A stretch of DNA of 63,711 nucleotides, filler included, from Octopus bimaculoides (GCF_001194135.2; 5 parts of 5 records of this genome joined end to end with filler, not necessarily neighbours in it); one strand, 5' to 3'; numbered from the whole stretch's first letter, positions 11,191-24,917 are shown. The notes: generated by a model from the letters alone, not told the origin. Made by a program: numbers and translations.

Positions 11191-12171
11191 AGTGGTGGAC
11201 ACAACGGGGTTCAAATAGCGGCCAAAAGTTAGCTGTTATCTGCTATGTTCGGGTGTATGTATATATAATAAAGGAGAGAGAAATTTCACTCAAGTGTAAG
11301 CTACATTATCGTAATTTATTGATATAACTTCATTTAGTAAATTATTGCTAACGGTAGAGCTCGAAGTTGATAAAGCTATAAATAATTCTCTCACTATGGG
11401 CACAAGGCCTAAAATTTTGTGGGAGAAGGCTAATCAATGACACCGTCCCCAGTGCTAATCTCGTACTTATTTTATCGACCCTGAAATGACGAAGGATGAA
11501 GTCGACTTCAGCGAGATTTGAACTCAGAACGTTAAGACTAACGAAACACCACTACGATTAAATAGCGGTAATGATTATATACTAACGGATAGAAAACTGG
11601 ATTAAAAAACCTGTCAGATGGGAAAAATGTCGAAGGTTGTCTGTGGGATTTTTAACCCAACAACTTATACACTATTATTTATAGGTTTAACTATTTCAAA
11701 TTACACCGTTAAAACATATCTCAAACCCTTATCATGTAAAATTAACTTTCTTTACTTACTTATGACTCTGATTATTAAAATAAAAATGTGGATTTAGCTA
11801 TTTGTACGAATTAAACAATTGAATAAGAACTATAATAGACATTTTATTTCTACACTTATCATATGTTGACTGATGTCTTGTAAGTGAAATTTAATGCATA
11901 AAAAAACCGTACGGCGTAAACACACCTCCCCTCCACACACATACGCACATCTTTATGTGTGGATATGTGTGTGTGTGTGTGTAGCTTTCACATATGTATA
12001 TATTTATTATTACAACAAGAATCCCAGTTTAAATATGTTACTACGAGTTTCGGATGAACTGAAACTTAGAGTAACATATTCTATTTGTGATTCCCTAGGG
12101 AAATTATGAAAATGCCCTTTTTCTTTCAAATGATGAGTTCTCCTTCTGGTGTCTTATTCGTCCAGTCACTT

Positions 12172-12266
12172 ATCCATCCATCCATCCATCCATCCATCCA
12201 TCCATCCATCCATCCATCCATCCATCCATCCGTATGTACGTACGTACACATACATACATACATACA

Positions 12267-12296
<30 letters not shown>
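12172..12296. repeat. Compound (ATCC)n(ATAC)n tetranucleotide microsatellite
   Basis: Direct inspection; (GACA)n(GATA)n tracts also occur at about 21355-21470, 52850-52920 and 60945-61085. Confidence 0.95.
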
Positions 12297-12297
<1 letters not shown>

Positions 12298-13139
12298 GAT
12301 GGCTTCTACTATTCGTCAGAAATGGTACACAGCAATCATAAAGCTAACTATTTTGGCATCACGTATGATTCCACTCCAAATCAATCGTATCAACAACAGC
12401 TTGCAAAATCAGTTCGTTATACTGATGCTAGTTACAAGGAGGAACAATTTTTATGAAAATGTCTTTCCCTGGATTTAATGGTACAGATACTAAAAAACAT
12501 GGTGGAAATAATTTAGAAACAACTTGTAAAAGACGATATGCCATAAGAAGATTGTTGATCTCTATTCTTTGGTAATGTTGCCGCCATGTTGGTTTTAAGA
12601 ATGTTTAACAGAGGATTAATGAAAATATTGTGAAGTTGTTTTTGTAGATTGCATAATTATTCTTTCGGGGACTGCAGACTATAATGTATTGACAAAAGCA
12701 TGCTTTTTTTTCCGGTATAATTCAGTTGCATAATTTTGTTTTCCTGTTCATCTTTTCGTTGGCGAAAACTGAAAGAATTTAAGCCAAGAATAGTGAAATT
12801 TCAATCTGAAACTTGATGGAACTCCAGATGAGAGACTGGGTAGCCGATTCATGTGAATAGTATAGATTCAAAAGAAACAAAATTAAAACTATCCATTGAA
12901 AAATACCAAAATGAAATAGCATCTAAAGTTCAATACGAAACAAGAAACAAAAGTCCAAACATAAGCATCAGACGATCTTTAAAGACCTTAAAATTAATCA
13001 TAGATGTCTTAGCTACGAAGGACCGGTCTGGTATTCTCTTCTAGAACAGCCCAGTCTCATCTATGTTGAAAATTTGCTGGTGAATAAAGCTGTTGTCTTC
13101 AATAATCTTCGCCAAAAGAAAAAAGTATTTAATATGCAA

Positions 13140-13780
13140 AAGAGACAGTGAAGCTGTTGGAGCTCCAAGATGCAACCGAAAATGTGGTTTATGTCATATT
13201 CCTGTGGAAGATATCATACATGTGATTAGCAGCTGCCCAAAAATGTCATTAAGCTACTACTTTCCTATGTGACCTTACTTTGTCGCAGAGACAATATACA
13301 CTGCCATTCGGAAAAAAAAGACTGCCTTGGAATAAAGATAGACAATACCCCTGTTATTGAATACATACTCAAACATCAACACAAGAAATACTGGGGGGAC
13401 ATTCCCATCAAAGTCATCTGACAAGTGTAAACATAAGGGGCAAGATATTGTTGTTTAGGACAAACAAGAAAAAGTATGTACCATCATGGAGATCAGCTGT
13501 GCTACTGAGGTGAGAATCTCTTTGAAAATCAAAGAGAAAGAGGATATCTATGGACAACTGCTTCAAAACCTTCAACTTCCATTTTGAAATGATAAATTCC
13601 CATTGATACTAATAATAATTGGTCCACTTGTTTTTGTGAGTAAATACCTAAGTGACAATGTGGATAAGCTAGGGATTTTTGAAGAAATCAACCAACTCGC
13701 ACATTACAGATACAATCTGTAAGTGGAACAGTAAAAATATGCAAGACTTTTCTCAAATTAAAAATTTTTGACGTTGTTTT
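13140..13780 (+). mobile_element. Degenerate 3' end of a restriction-like-endonuclease non-LTR element (R4/NeSL/Hero-type)
   Basis: CGLC...HVISSC CCHC knuckle, then (P)DIVV*DKQEKVCTIMEISC...KEKEDIYG endonuclease motif; stops and frameshifts. Confidence 0.8.
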
Positions 13781-14543
13781 TGTTATTTACATTCAAACGA
13801 TGGAGTTTTGTATCTTTGTTAGAATCCAGCTCTCCTCCTTTAGAGAAATGATCAAAGCAATTAAATATAGAAGAGAACAAACATACAAACATACATACAT
13901 ACACACACACGCACATGCATGCATGCATACATACATACATACATACATGCATACATACATACATACATACATAAAGTGAAGGGAATTAACATGAGCATGT
14001 CCAGCTCTTTTTCAGTTGTGGAATTAGAATTCGTCAGCTTTCATAGCTATCTGCCCTTGCAATTTCAGTGTGAGACGCTGGCTTGCGAAATTACCTTGTG
14101 GGAGAATGTTTTCCAAACCTTTCTTTCCGTATTTAAAAAACAAAACAAAACAAAAAAAAACATAAGATCTTTGTTTTACTTATGTGAATACACATTGTAT
14201 TAATTCCTAAAGTCTTTTCCCGTAACTTATTATCTCCTGAATGATTAAAAGAATAACAGCAAATTNNNNNNNNNNNNNNNNNNNNNNNNNNNNNNNNNNN
14301 NNNNNNNNNNNNNNNNNNNNNNNNNNNNNNNNNNNNNNNNNNNNNNNNNNNNNNNNNNNNNNNNNNNNNNNNNNNNNNNNNNNNNNNNNNNNNNNNNNNN
14401 NNNNNNNNNNNNNNNNNNNNNNNNNNNNNNNNNNNNNNNNNNNNNNNNNNNNNNNNNNNNNNNNNNNNNNNNNNNNNNNNNNNNNNNNNNNNNNNNNNNN
14501 NNNNNNNNNNNNNNNNNNNNNNNNNNNNNNNNNNNNNNNNNNN

Positions 14544-14600
<57 letters not shown>

Positions 14601-15763
14601 GCACAAACATAAATGCAAACATACAATACAAAAATACATATACATACACACACATATATAGGCCTAATGTGTGTGTGTGTGTGTGCGTACATACATTAAT
14701 ATCAAATATATAAGCTAGCTGTAAAAAAGGGGCTGTGTTGTGATTGGACGAAATGTTCTTGCGTTCCTAACGCAGAATGATGTCAAATTATGGAAATATT
14801 CCCTGTTACGCCCATGCCTTTATGACACGAGGAAAATTTCCTAGCTTCATAAAAGTAAGGATTATATATGACTGATTAGTTAAATTTAAAACATTTGTAG
14901 TTCGACTTTTTTTCGACCTCTTGAACATTGGAGACCACCTAAAATGTTCCCGACCAATTTTCTACCTCCAGCATAATTCTCTTGCCAATGGAGGTTTATG
15001 TTTCTACGCCATAGAAACCGGGAAACCGGGCCCACGAACCTGGCTAGGCTTTTAAAGGGGCGCATGAATAAAAAGAACAATCTTAACATTATCGCTTAAG
15101 TTTTCGTGAGTAGGAGGGTGAAGTAAAATTATCCAAATATGTTCATTAAGATGGAGGAAGTTTGATTGCCAGGAGGGTAACTTGGAAGGCGAATTTCTAA
15201 GGAAGATATTTTTATGAACATTATTAAACCGATCTATTTTTTTCTTTTTTATTAACAACAATGAAAGATCTCCGTCGTCCCCAGTTTTGTGCAACTTACG
15301 TTTCCGGTCAGCAATATTTTGTCCACTTGTTAAGTTTAATCTTGTTAATGCACGTTAGGCATTTTTTGGAACTGATTTAATATTTTTCCAGTGTCTCCGA
15401 AACACAAAATTATTTTGCTGCAATACAGTTAAGTGTTTTTATGAAGTTTTAATAACATTCAGTTTAAATGCAGTAGTATATTGTTATGCTTATTCTGTTC
15501 GGTAATTTTTATTCAAGGTAATGGATAAATTATAACACTACAATACGAGGTAATAGTGCCCCAGGAAAGCTTCAGGGAAGCTGATTTCAGCTGTTCTGAG
15601 CATAAAAGAAGAATGAGAAAGATGTACAATATATAGATGTGTCAAAGATAAGATAAAGAAGATAAAGACATAATCAAAATAATTAAAATGCACACACATA
15701 CAGACAGACACACACACACATACGTATGGAAAAATAAAAAATAAAAAGAACATGCATTATTCA

Positions 15764-16681
15764 TTTTACATTGTAGTTAATTTCAAGCATATTATTGTAA
15801 TGAAATCGTTTCAAAATACGATATGTACTCAAAAATAGATTATAGAAATCAAATTATTTCAAAATACATTATTACATGTTCCAAAATATCATATCATATC
15901 CAAAATACATCACTTAAATAAAATCATTACACTTTTACATTCAAATCCTTTCAAAATACATGATTAAACACTCCAAAATACATAATTACAATAATACATA
16001 ACAGCAAATCCCAAAGTATATTATTACAAACCGGTTTCATTTCTTATAGGAGATATTCATTGCAATGTATTTGTGCACTGGCTTGCTACAAGCTTTCATT
16101 TAATACATTTTGTGGTTACAGGAAGGAGCTAACAAAAGAGATAATATTATGTTAGTTTTATTTATTTATGTTTTGCATGGAAAACTATATTTTCCCATAA
16201 TGTTTGAATAGGTGAAATACGTAAAGGTACACCCCATCTTTCTTTGTGTCTACTAACGTACATATTATCTCCTTTGTTGTCATGTGAGTCTACAACGAGG
16301 TTACACTATGTATTCAATGAAAGCTAGTAGTATGCCATTACACACGTACAGCGCAATGACTATCTCCTATAAAAAGTGAAACTGGTTTGTAATTATGCAT
16401 TTTGAAATTTTTAATTATATATCATTATTATTATGTAGTTCGGTGTGTTTAACCATGTATTTTGAAATGGTATGAATATAAAAAATGTACTTTGGAATTC
16501 ATAATATATATAATTTAATTGTAGTAATAAATTTTGGATATGATATGATATTTTGGAGTATGCAATAATGAACTTTGAAATAATTTGATTGTGATAACTT
16601 ATTTTTTAATGCATATTATTGTATTTTGATCCAATTTGATTGTAATAATATACTTTGGAATTAACTAACTGCAATGTAAAA
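15764..16681. mobile_element. Foldback-type element with long degenerate inverted arms
   Basis: Arms about 15764-16037 and 16380-16681 are built from CAAAATAC/GTATTTTG subrepeats around a unique spacer of about 340 bp. Confidence 0.7.
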
Positions 16682-16747
16682 GGACTCGTGCATCTCCGTT
16701 TTATTTTTACTCTCCATATCTCTCAACTTGTAAGGGATATTTTTACC

Positions 16748-16778
<31 letters not shown>

Positions 16779-16780
<2 letters not shown>

Positions 16781-17070
16781 CGTGAAGTATATTTGCCACT
16801 TAAATGCGGCTAAACCCTAAGGGTGAATGTTACTGTTGCTTTTAGCTCAAGGAGAACATCTCCTCCAGCTGGTTATTGACACACTTTCTGTGCCCTGTCG
16901 GTATTTGCAAAATGAAGTCATCCTTCCCATCGTCGATCTGATGTGATACGCACGGACTCGAGTTTCTGGGTATTTACCGTCAGCGTACGACAATCACCGA
17001 TCTTCGATGCGAAGGGCTCCCAATGCAAATACATATATCTTTTTTTGCAGTGACAAATATACTTCACGTT
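16779..17070. mobile_element. MITE with 22-bp TIRs
   Basis: AACGTGAAGTATATTTGCCACT and AGTGACAAATATACTTCACGTT (1 mismatch). Confidence 0.7.
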
Positions 17071-17097
17071 GTCGTGCTGCTACTGTTTATACCTGTA

Positions 17098-17283
17098 TGA
17101 CAGGTAAATCCAACAATCCTTTTGTAGAATTTTAAGAAATTCAGAATATTTTCCAACAGTTGTTGGATTTTTAATGTGAGATCTAAAATAATGATATAAT
17201 TTTCTTCGTACATAATATTTGTTGTTGATAAATACATTGAATTTCTTAAAATTCTACAAAAGGATTGTTGGATTTACCTATCA
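17098..17283. mobile_element. MITE with 46-bp inverted repeats
   Basis: 17098-17143 and 17238-17283 are reverse complements with 1 mismatch. Confidence 0.75.
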
Positions 17284-19059
17284 AGCATAAGGTTTACCTG
17301 GGATTTGTGTTCTATTTACATTTACTGGTATCTGTTTGTTGGAAATTTAACCATATTCTTATTTATGTATGTATGTATGTATGGTCGTGTGGTGCTGGCT
17401 TCCCATAAAATAACTTTAGTCCAGTGCGAGTCAGGACTTTTACTTTTCGGAAGTACAGACAGACAACGGACCTTTCGTTGCGACGTTTAGAAATATCACG
17501 ATCGTCTGCGACAACGAAATACCATCACAGTTGTTGTTTCCCGCTTGTTGGGGCGGACGGAATGTGTAATGTAAGCAGAGACAGTTGCATTTTTCCGGTC
17601 GCCTGCGTGGCTGCGTCCTCCATTACCGATGCACTTTCGGAAGTGCTACTGATATTTAGGAGATGGAGTCTTGGTCATCTTCGAAAACAAGAACAAGCAA
17701 ACTAGTATTTAATTCAAATTATTTCCACAACTTAAGATTGTACAAAATAAAATATGGCTATCAATGTTGTTATTAGCCACAGACGCACTCCTTAAATTTC
17801 AAATCAGTAAAACTGACAACAATTTACTTTGAACAGTAAGTAATAGAATCGTAAGTTCATTTAATACAATTATTATATAGAAGTAAAAACACATATCAAC
17901 ATTGGAGAAAGATATTTCTTCGTCGATCTGTTATGCTTGAAAACTCATTAGGTAAATTCTAGTTAGTTATTTCTTGTCAAAAATAGCTGACTCTTTTTAT
18001 TATACGTGCGAGCGGCTTTTACTAACGTCTGTTCGGTTGATGTTTAAAGTGGAGATACGGGGTAATCGGAGAACATCTCGAAAGGGGAAATGTCTATAAT
18101 AAACGTGAATATTTTGAATGCACTTTAATGGTTTTCTTAAAAACAATTCTGCATTTGTTATACAGATAACATATGAAAAAAATAATTAAAAGGAAAGGAA
18201 AGGACTTCCTCTCCAAGTTTACTGAAAAATTTGTTCTTCCAAATACGTTCTTAGAGCTTCAGCTAATCTTTTGCAGAATGAATGAAAAAAATTGCAGAAT
18301 GGTAGGCTTCTTCTAAAAACTATTTGCCGAAACCTAAACTACCCACCCCACCAACTAAAAGAAAAAAAAATCTACTCATATTTTGCATTTTGTGTATCAT
18401 ACTTAAAGCACGCACATCGTCTAAAGCCTGATAAAATACCGCATTTCTTATAAACATATAATGTTAAAATTCCACTGAAATAATGGTAAAAAAAACTCTC
18501 AAGAGAGCTGAACAGCAAAAGTTCTTCAGAGAAGAAACCCACACACAGGCAAGTGTTTCGGACCTTCTTACCCTCTAAAGGGACCGGGTCGCATCCAGAT
18601 CATTATTCTTGGGTGCCCTTCGGCCGATAGTTTATAGCCACTTGGATATCGGAGATTGAAGCCGCTTGGAGATCTCATCACGATGTAACTCCTCTCCTTT
18701 GATTTAACTTTCAATTTATACTGAAAAAAGAAATAACGTTTGTTGTCATAGTGGCGTTGAACTATATAAGTAGCAAACGAAAATCATCCAGAAATACCTA
18801 CACTGTTGCTGGACGATTTTCTGCATTGCTGATATACTTCTATGTTATTTTTTAAACATTATACGTCTAGGAGGGGATGCTCAAAAGTTTCTGGGTTTGG
18901 GTAAATGAAAATACTGGAAGATCAGTTAATTATTTTATTCAACATATTCAAAACGTAGAAATGGAACAGCGAGTGCAAAGTGATTTTTTCCAACGCTGAT
19001 TTCGTTATTCTAAACAGAAAGCCTGAATGCAGAATTGCCATTAGAACAGCAGAAATAAG

Positions 19060-19414
19060 GCAGCGAGCTGGCAGACACGTTAGCACGCTGGACGAAATGC
19101 TTAGCGATATTTCGTCTGTCTTTACGTTCCGAGTTCAAATTCCGCCGAAGTCAACTTTGCCTTTCATCCTTTCGGGGTTGATAAATTAAGTACCAGTTAC
19201 GCACTGGGGATCGATGTAATCGACGTAATCCCTTTGTCTGTCCTTGTTTGTCCCCTCTATGTTTAGCCCCTTGTGGGCAGTAAAGAAATAAGAAACGTTA
19301 GCACACCGGACGAAACGCTTAGCGGTATTTCGTCTGTCTTTACGTTCCGAGTTCAAATTCCGCCAAGGTCGACTTTGCCTTTCATCCTTTCGGGGTGGAT
19401 AAATTAAGTACCAG
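19060..19414 (+). mobile_element. SINE family B, tandem copies (tRNA-like head, GAGTTCAAATTCC B-box, GTCGACTTTGCCTTTCATCC domain)
   Basis: Other copies at about 11385-11560(-), 20165-20370(+), 23745-23945(-), 25260-25345(+), 44335-44890(-, three), 48890-49110(-), 49540-49880(-) and 54920-55110(+); often end in (ATT)n. Confidence 0.85.
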
Positions 19415-19851
19415 NNNNNNNNNNNNNNNNNNNNNNNNNNNNNNNNNNNNNNNNNNNNTTAATTAATTAANNNNNNNNNNNNNNNNNNNNNNNNNNNNNN
19501 NNNNNNNNNNNNNNTATATATTGCATCTCAACCACATGGTTCAGGGTTTCAATTCGACTGCGTGACACCTAGTAGAAGTGTTATCTACTATATCCACGGG
19601 GCCGACCAAAATCTTATAACTTGATTAAATAGATGGAAACCGAAAGAAGCCCGTCGTATATTCATATATATGTACTTATGTCAGTGTATTTCTGTGTGTT
19701 TGTTCCTCCGCCACTACTTTATAAGCGGTGTTCGCTTGTTTACGTTTTCGTCACCTATCGGTTCGGCAAAAGAGACCGATAGAATAACTACTAGACATTA
19801 AAAAAGTACCGGGGTTAATTCGTTCGGCTCGCCCTGGTAGCAAATAAGAGA

Positions 19852-19885
<34 letters not shown>

Positions 19886-20389
19886 GGCCTAGTGGTTAAG
19901 GCGTTGGACTCACGATCCAGCGATCGTAATTTCAATTCCTAGGGTGGTGCATTGTTTTCTTGAGCGAAACACTTCACCTCACTTAGTTCGGTGTGTATCG
20001 AGCACCTGTTCAGGTGAGCTAATGTACGAACTTTTGATCACTATAAACAAATCACCTGTGCAGGTCGTTCGGCAAAAAGCTGGACATTCATAGCTCATCT
20101 TCGACGAGGGAGTCCATCATCATCATCATCATCATCATTATTATTAATGTTGTTGTTGTTGTTAATAAGGCGGCAAGATGGCAGAATCGTTAGCATACTG
20201 GACGGTATTTCGCCCGTCGCTACGTTCTGAGTTCAAATCCCGCCGAGGTCGACTTTGCCTTTCATCCTTTCGGGGTTGATAAATTAAGTACCACTGAAAT
20301 ACCGGGGTCGATGTAATCGACTTAATCCCCTCCGCCAAGCTGCCCTTGTGGTAAAAATTTGAAATGCTTATTATTAGATGCGGCTCCAC

Positions 20390-20960
20390 GCTTTGAGGCT
20401 GTCGCACCTACCAAGATATCTAAATCTCTGCGATGATTGGACGACGACGACGAAAATAAGCGTGAACTGGCATCTTTCGTACGACACGTCTTTCGGCAGC
20501 TCATCTCATGGACAGAGCTGCAGTCACGGGTCAAACGTAGACCAAGGTAGGTCGTTTGGCAACTAGTACGTTGTCAGGCGCTCACTGCTTTATACCAGCT
20601 GCCCAAACAACCCAAGGTTTCTATAGGGGGTTAGCTGAGGGTATGAGTGATGATGGGCTAGGATTGAACCTAGCCATCGATGAAAACAATCTGACTAGTC
20701 TCTTTCAGAAGACCTTCGGATCGAAGATCATGGACGGACAATTTCCAAAAGTCTTTGGCTTGGCAGTGCTAGAGAGGGGCATTGCCTGTTCGAGGCAAGC
20801 TCTTCAGGCATGAAAGTGCCATCAGCCGAACCTGCCCGAGATGCTGGGAGACAAAAGCCATCCTGCATGCAATAATTCAGTGTCTGTGTATCAGAGAGTT
20901 GTGGGATTGTGTGGAGCCGCTGTTGTCGCGTGTAAGACGAATTCCACTGTCTGCCGAGTG
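20390..20960 (+). mobile_element. L1/Tx1-clade LINE 3' fragment
   Basis: LPVRGKL...TCPRCWETKAILHAIIQC...LW zinc-knuckle region; GC-richer than its flanks. Confidence 0.65.
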
Positions 20961-21170
20961 TATAGTGAAGATAAAATATAGATATAAAATATAAAATCTT
21001 CGGCTGCTGTTTTCATATCTATACTGCGTTCGAATTGCCTGTGAAAAATCAACACATTCGACGCTTTCAAAGTTTGTCTATAAAATAGTCTTCCATTTGA
21101 AAAGCTATTATTTAGCAATTAAAACTGACCGGAATTGTTCGTCTCCTGTAGCCGCCTTTTGGCATCTTTT

Positions 21171-21221
<51 letters not shown>

Positions 21222-21419
21222 AGGGTAAATACTCAGTCTTACTTGATTTCACAGCTAAAACGTGTTCGAAATTCATTTTCTTGTCTGTAAAATTCCAACC
21301 ACATTCAACGCTTTCAAATTCTTTTTCTTTTTTATAAAATATGCACACCACACACAGACAAACAAACAAACAAACAGAAAGACAGACAGACAGACAGACA
21401 GACAGGTAGACAGATAGAC

Positions 21420-21472
<53 letters not shown>

Positions 21473-21859
21473 TGTATACGTGAGCTGTTACTGTATTCAG
21501 CAATTGCTTATATATAAACATCATATGCACGTCTGCATCGCCTACGCCCACAGCTAAAACTATTGAAGAAGGAACAATGGATGTGACCTTCAGCAATATG
21601 GAAGAATACCTGAATGTGTGTATATGTGTGTGTGTATATGTGTGTGTGTGTAAGCATAGGTAATTTTATACGCATACAACATATTAGAAATGTGTGTGCG
21701 TGTGTGTGTGTGTGTGTGTGTATGCAGACACACCTATATATCCACAGTCATGTGTACAATGCATGACTGTGTAATGGAACAAAGACGCCTTGTATACATT
21801 GGGTACTTTGTACAGCATAGCTTTATATTAACGTCAGCTGTAGAAAGGAGTTGTATCGC

Positions 21860-22390
21860 CATTGGTGCCAGGCTGTTTCGGCCCCTTTGCCTTTCCCTCG
21901 GATAGCATCGGTGGCGTAGAGAGGAGAGGCTGGAATGCATGGGCGACTGCTGGTCTTCCAGAAACAACCCTGCCCGGACTTGTGCCTTGGAGGGGGAACT
22001 TTCTCGGGACAATCCCATGCTCATTCGTGACCGAAGGGGGGTCTTTTTTATCATTTTGTCTGGTGTCGATGTGGAAACGTGGACACCTGCTCAACCATAA
22101 CATCTGGGTGCAGATCCAAGACCAAGATTTCCCAAATGCAACCGCTCACCTTCCTTCTGGACGCCTTCGAGGTTAACGCCTTCGAGGTTAACGCCTCATC
22201 GATCAGCCTGAACTGAGTGGCGTGGCGATGTAGTATCGGAAAGGTCAAGGCGTAGACACAAACACGGTTTTCCTAAAACCTGGTCCCTAGGACGGCGGTC
22301 ATGGGTGCGAGCAGCAGTGAAGACGACAACAGAGCCTTTGAATAAGTGGCTATTTACGCCCCGACGAGAGCTGGACAACCGATTTCTTTA
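21860..22390 (-). mobile_element. GC-rich probable LINE 5'/ORF1 fragment
   Basis: Abrupt GC-rich block with partly open minus frames and an internal 15-bp tandem duplication (GCCTTCGAGGTTAAC x2); clade not identified. Confidence 0.35.
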
Positions 22391-24757
22391 GACACCGAGA
22401 GATTTCGTTATTAGTGCAAGTGGGTAATTGGAATGGAATCTTGGACGAATGCAATGATTATGTTGAAATGGTCGACGGGAGTGTTTGGAGTAAAAGCCTT
22501 ACAGATTTTCTCAAGTGCTTCCAATTGTCTAAAACGCTCGCTTCTCTCTGATTTCCTTAAAGCGTCAATTAAGCCATGGTCTAATCACAAAAGTATTGCC
22601 CTATCAATGGCTTTTGACAAAATCGCTTTCTAGATTACTGGAACACGTAATGATGGTGGTGGTGACGTTTCAGGACCATTTGAAATCAGTGTTGTTTCTC
22701 ATTGGAACATTTGCCAATTAAACTGTTCTCCTGTAGTAATAGTGTCATTTTTGTTATTGTTGTTGTTGTAGTTTGGCCCTAGGCAAGCCTTGATCGAGCA
22801 GATTTATGATTAAAAAAAACCCTCCCAAGTACAGCCATTACTTCTTTTCAAGTCTAACTAGGACTACATTGTCTAATGTATCGTTATTTTCTTCTTGCTT
22901 TTTTTGCTTTTTTAAGACACGGTAAGTGTTTAACTTGAAGGAATTTGGATCTTACTCCAAGTAGGTCGAGCAGTCACGTAGTGACAGCCTGATTGGTTCA
23001 TCTTAAGCATGTAAATTCTAAGGGAAGTTGACTGAGACTGGAAGGGTTCGCTATCCAACACAAAATGCTTTCAGTTAGATTCTGTACCAACCCTAATCCT
23101 AACTGTGGTTGTAACCTGACTCCACTATAAAGGTTATTAGTGTGTGGGGAGGGGGAATCCCGCAGGACAGGGTTCTGCCAAGTTACCGTTAGATGCGTTG
23201 CAGACGGTGACTTAAGACTGAAAAGAGGGCTACATTGAATCACTACATTGCCATATTAATGCCAGTTATTTTTATCCCTTGAAATATAATACCCTAATAT
23301 CGTTCCTTTATTAATTCCTCTCTCATCGTTTACCCGAAGGAATGTGAAGGGATTTTCGATTTCCCGTCTAGAGTAGTATACTTGTCTGACTTGTCATTTA
23401 ATCTATTTAAAAAAGGGAAGGGGACTTCGTATCTCATCCCCCATGTTCCTTTCCGTTATATTTTTTTAAGATGTCTTGTTTCTCTTTTTAAGTCGAACGC
23501 GATAGGCCCTTTACCTTTGCTGCGTTTGTGGCGATTGGAGTTCCCGCTTAAATTAATTAGGTGCTGACGAAGCGCCAGGACGATGACATACTGATCCCGA
23601 ATTCTGACGCTGAATGAAAGAGGCTTCATGCCTAAATATTTTTCAGGTCGAAATCCTTCTCACTGTATAATCCGACTTTAATGCTTTAATATTTGTTTTT
23701 TTCCCCTAATCTTACGAACACTTATAATCCAGTTTAGTGTGAATAACTCCTCAAATTTCGGTGGGGTGGGGGGGTTAAGTCGATTACATCGACCCCAGTG
23801 CAGAACTGGTACTTATTTTATCGATTCCCGGAAGGATGAAAGGCAAAGTCGACCTCGGCGGAATTTGAACTCAGAACGTAGCGACGAACGAAATGCTGCT
23901 AAGCATTTCGTCCAGCATGCTTAACGATTCGGCCAGCGCACCGCTTTTAACTCCTCCAATATATCAAAATAATGCGAAAAAGAAAGAAAGGAAGAAAGAA
24001 AGAAAGAACGAAAGAACTCTTGAATGCACTTTCTGACACTGCCCTACGTTACTTTTTCTCTCGTCGTAATTCTTTTGGGTGAGAATTACCTTTCAATATA
24101 TTGAAATGGCGCACGTTCTTTTCTCATCAAAGAAAACCGGAATTGTGTCTNNNNNNNNNNNNNNNNNNNNNNNNNNNNNNNNNNNNNNNNNNNNNNNNNN
24201 NNNNNNNNNNNNNNNNNNNNNNNNNNNNNNNNNNNNNNNNNNNNNNNNNNNNNNNNNNNNNNNNNNNNNNNNNNNNNNNNNNNNNNNNNNNNNNNNNNNN
24301 NNNNNNNNNNNNNNNNNTTTAAAGATTTGAGATTGTGATTCTTCAGAAAAAAAAAAAAATTAATTTCTGTGTCTTTTCTCGGACCACTTTCCGTACTTTT
24401 CTGTAACTTTTTTGGGTATTTTTTAATGTTTTAGCGATTTTTTTCACATTTACATTTCTTAAGCATCAGATATTGCCGTTATATAGAAACAGAATTTTCA
24501 CAAATTCGATTATTTGACGAGAATTTCAAAATTTATCTGTTTTATAAAAAAATTTCTTCTCTGCCGTAACTTTTCCTCTTTTTTTTAAATACGTTCTTCA
24601 CTTATTTTTGTTTGTTTTAAAATTTCCAAAAAAAAAAAAAAATAATAATAATCAGAATGCCAAGAACCGGACGAAATGCTGCCAAGCATTTTGTCCGACA
24701 CGTTAACGATTCTGTCATTTTGTTGCCTTAGATGCATACATACATGGCGTCGTTTAA

Positions 24758-24917
24758 CCCTTCATGCAATATCTTGTAGTTGAGAGATGTCGATGATGTG
24801 ATTGTTTAGTTTTAGAATGACATTGTAGGGTTGGTGTGAGAGGCTGGATTTGGTCAGTTTCAACATAAAACGGGTTGAATATTTCTGCCGGACATGGCCG
24901 GTTTGAATGCTAAAGAG
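24758..24917. mobile_element. Shorter copy of the 46150-46369 piggyBac-type MITE
   Basis: TTAA flanks; shared internal GATGTGATTGTTTA...AGAATGACATTGTAGG and 3' AATGCTAAAGAG. Confidence 0.65.

Noticed and set aside
19459-19470. TTAATTAATTAA embedded in N runs (also about 50911, 58337 and 60842)
   Set aside because: The identical 12-mer centred in gaps has stops in all six frames; it is a scaffolding spacer, not biology.
23080-23170. ACCCTAATCCTAAC telomere-like motif
   Set aside because: Only two degenerate units, probably part of a dispersed repeat.
23560-23605. CTGACGAAG hammerhead-like start
   Set aside because: No GAAA or stem II/III downstream; at most a decayed relic.
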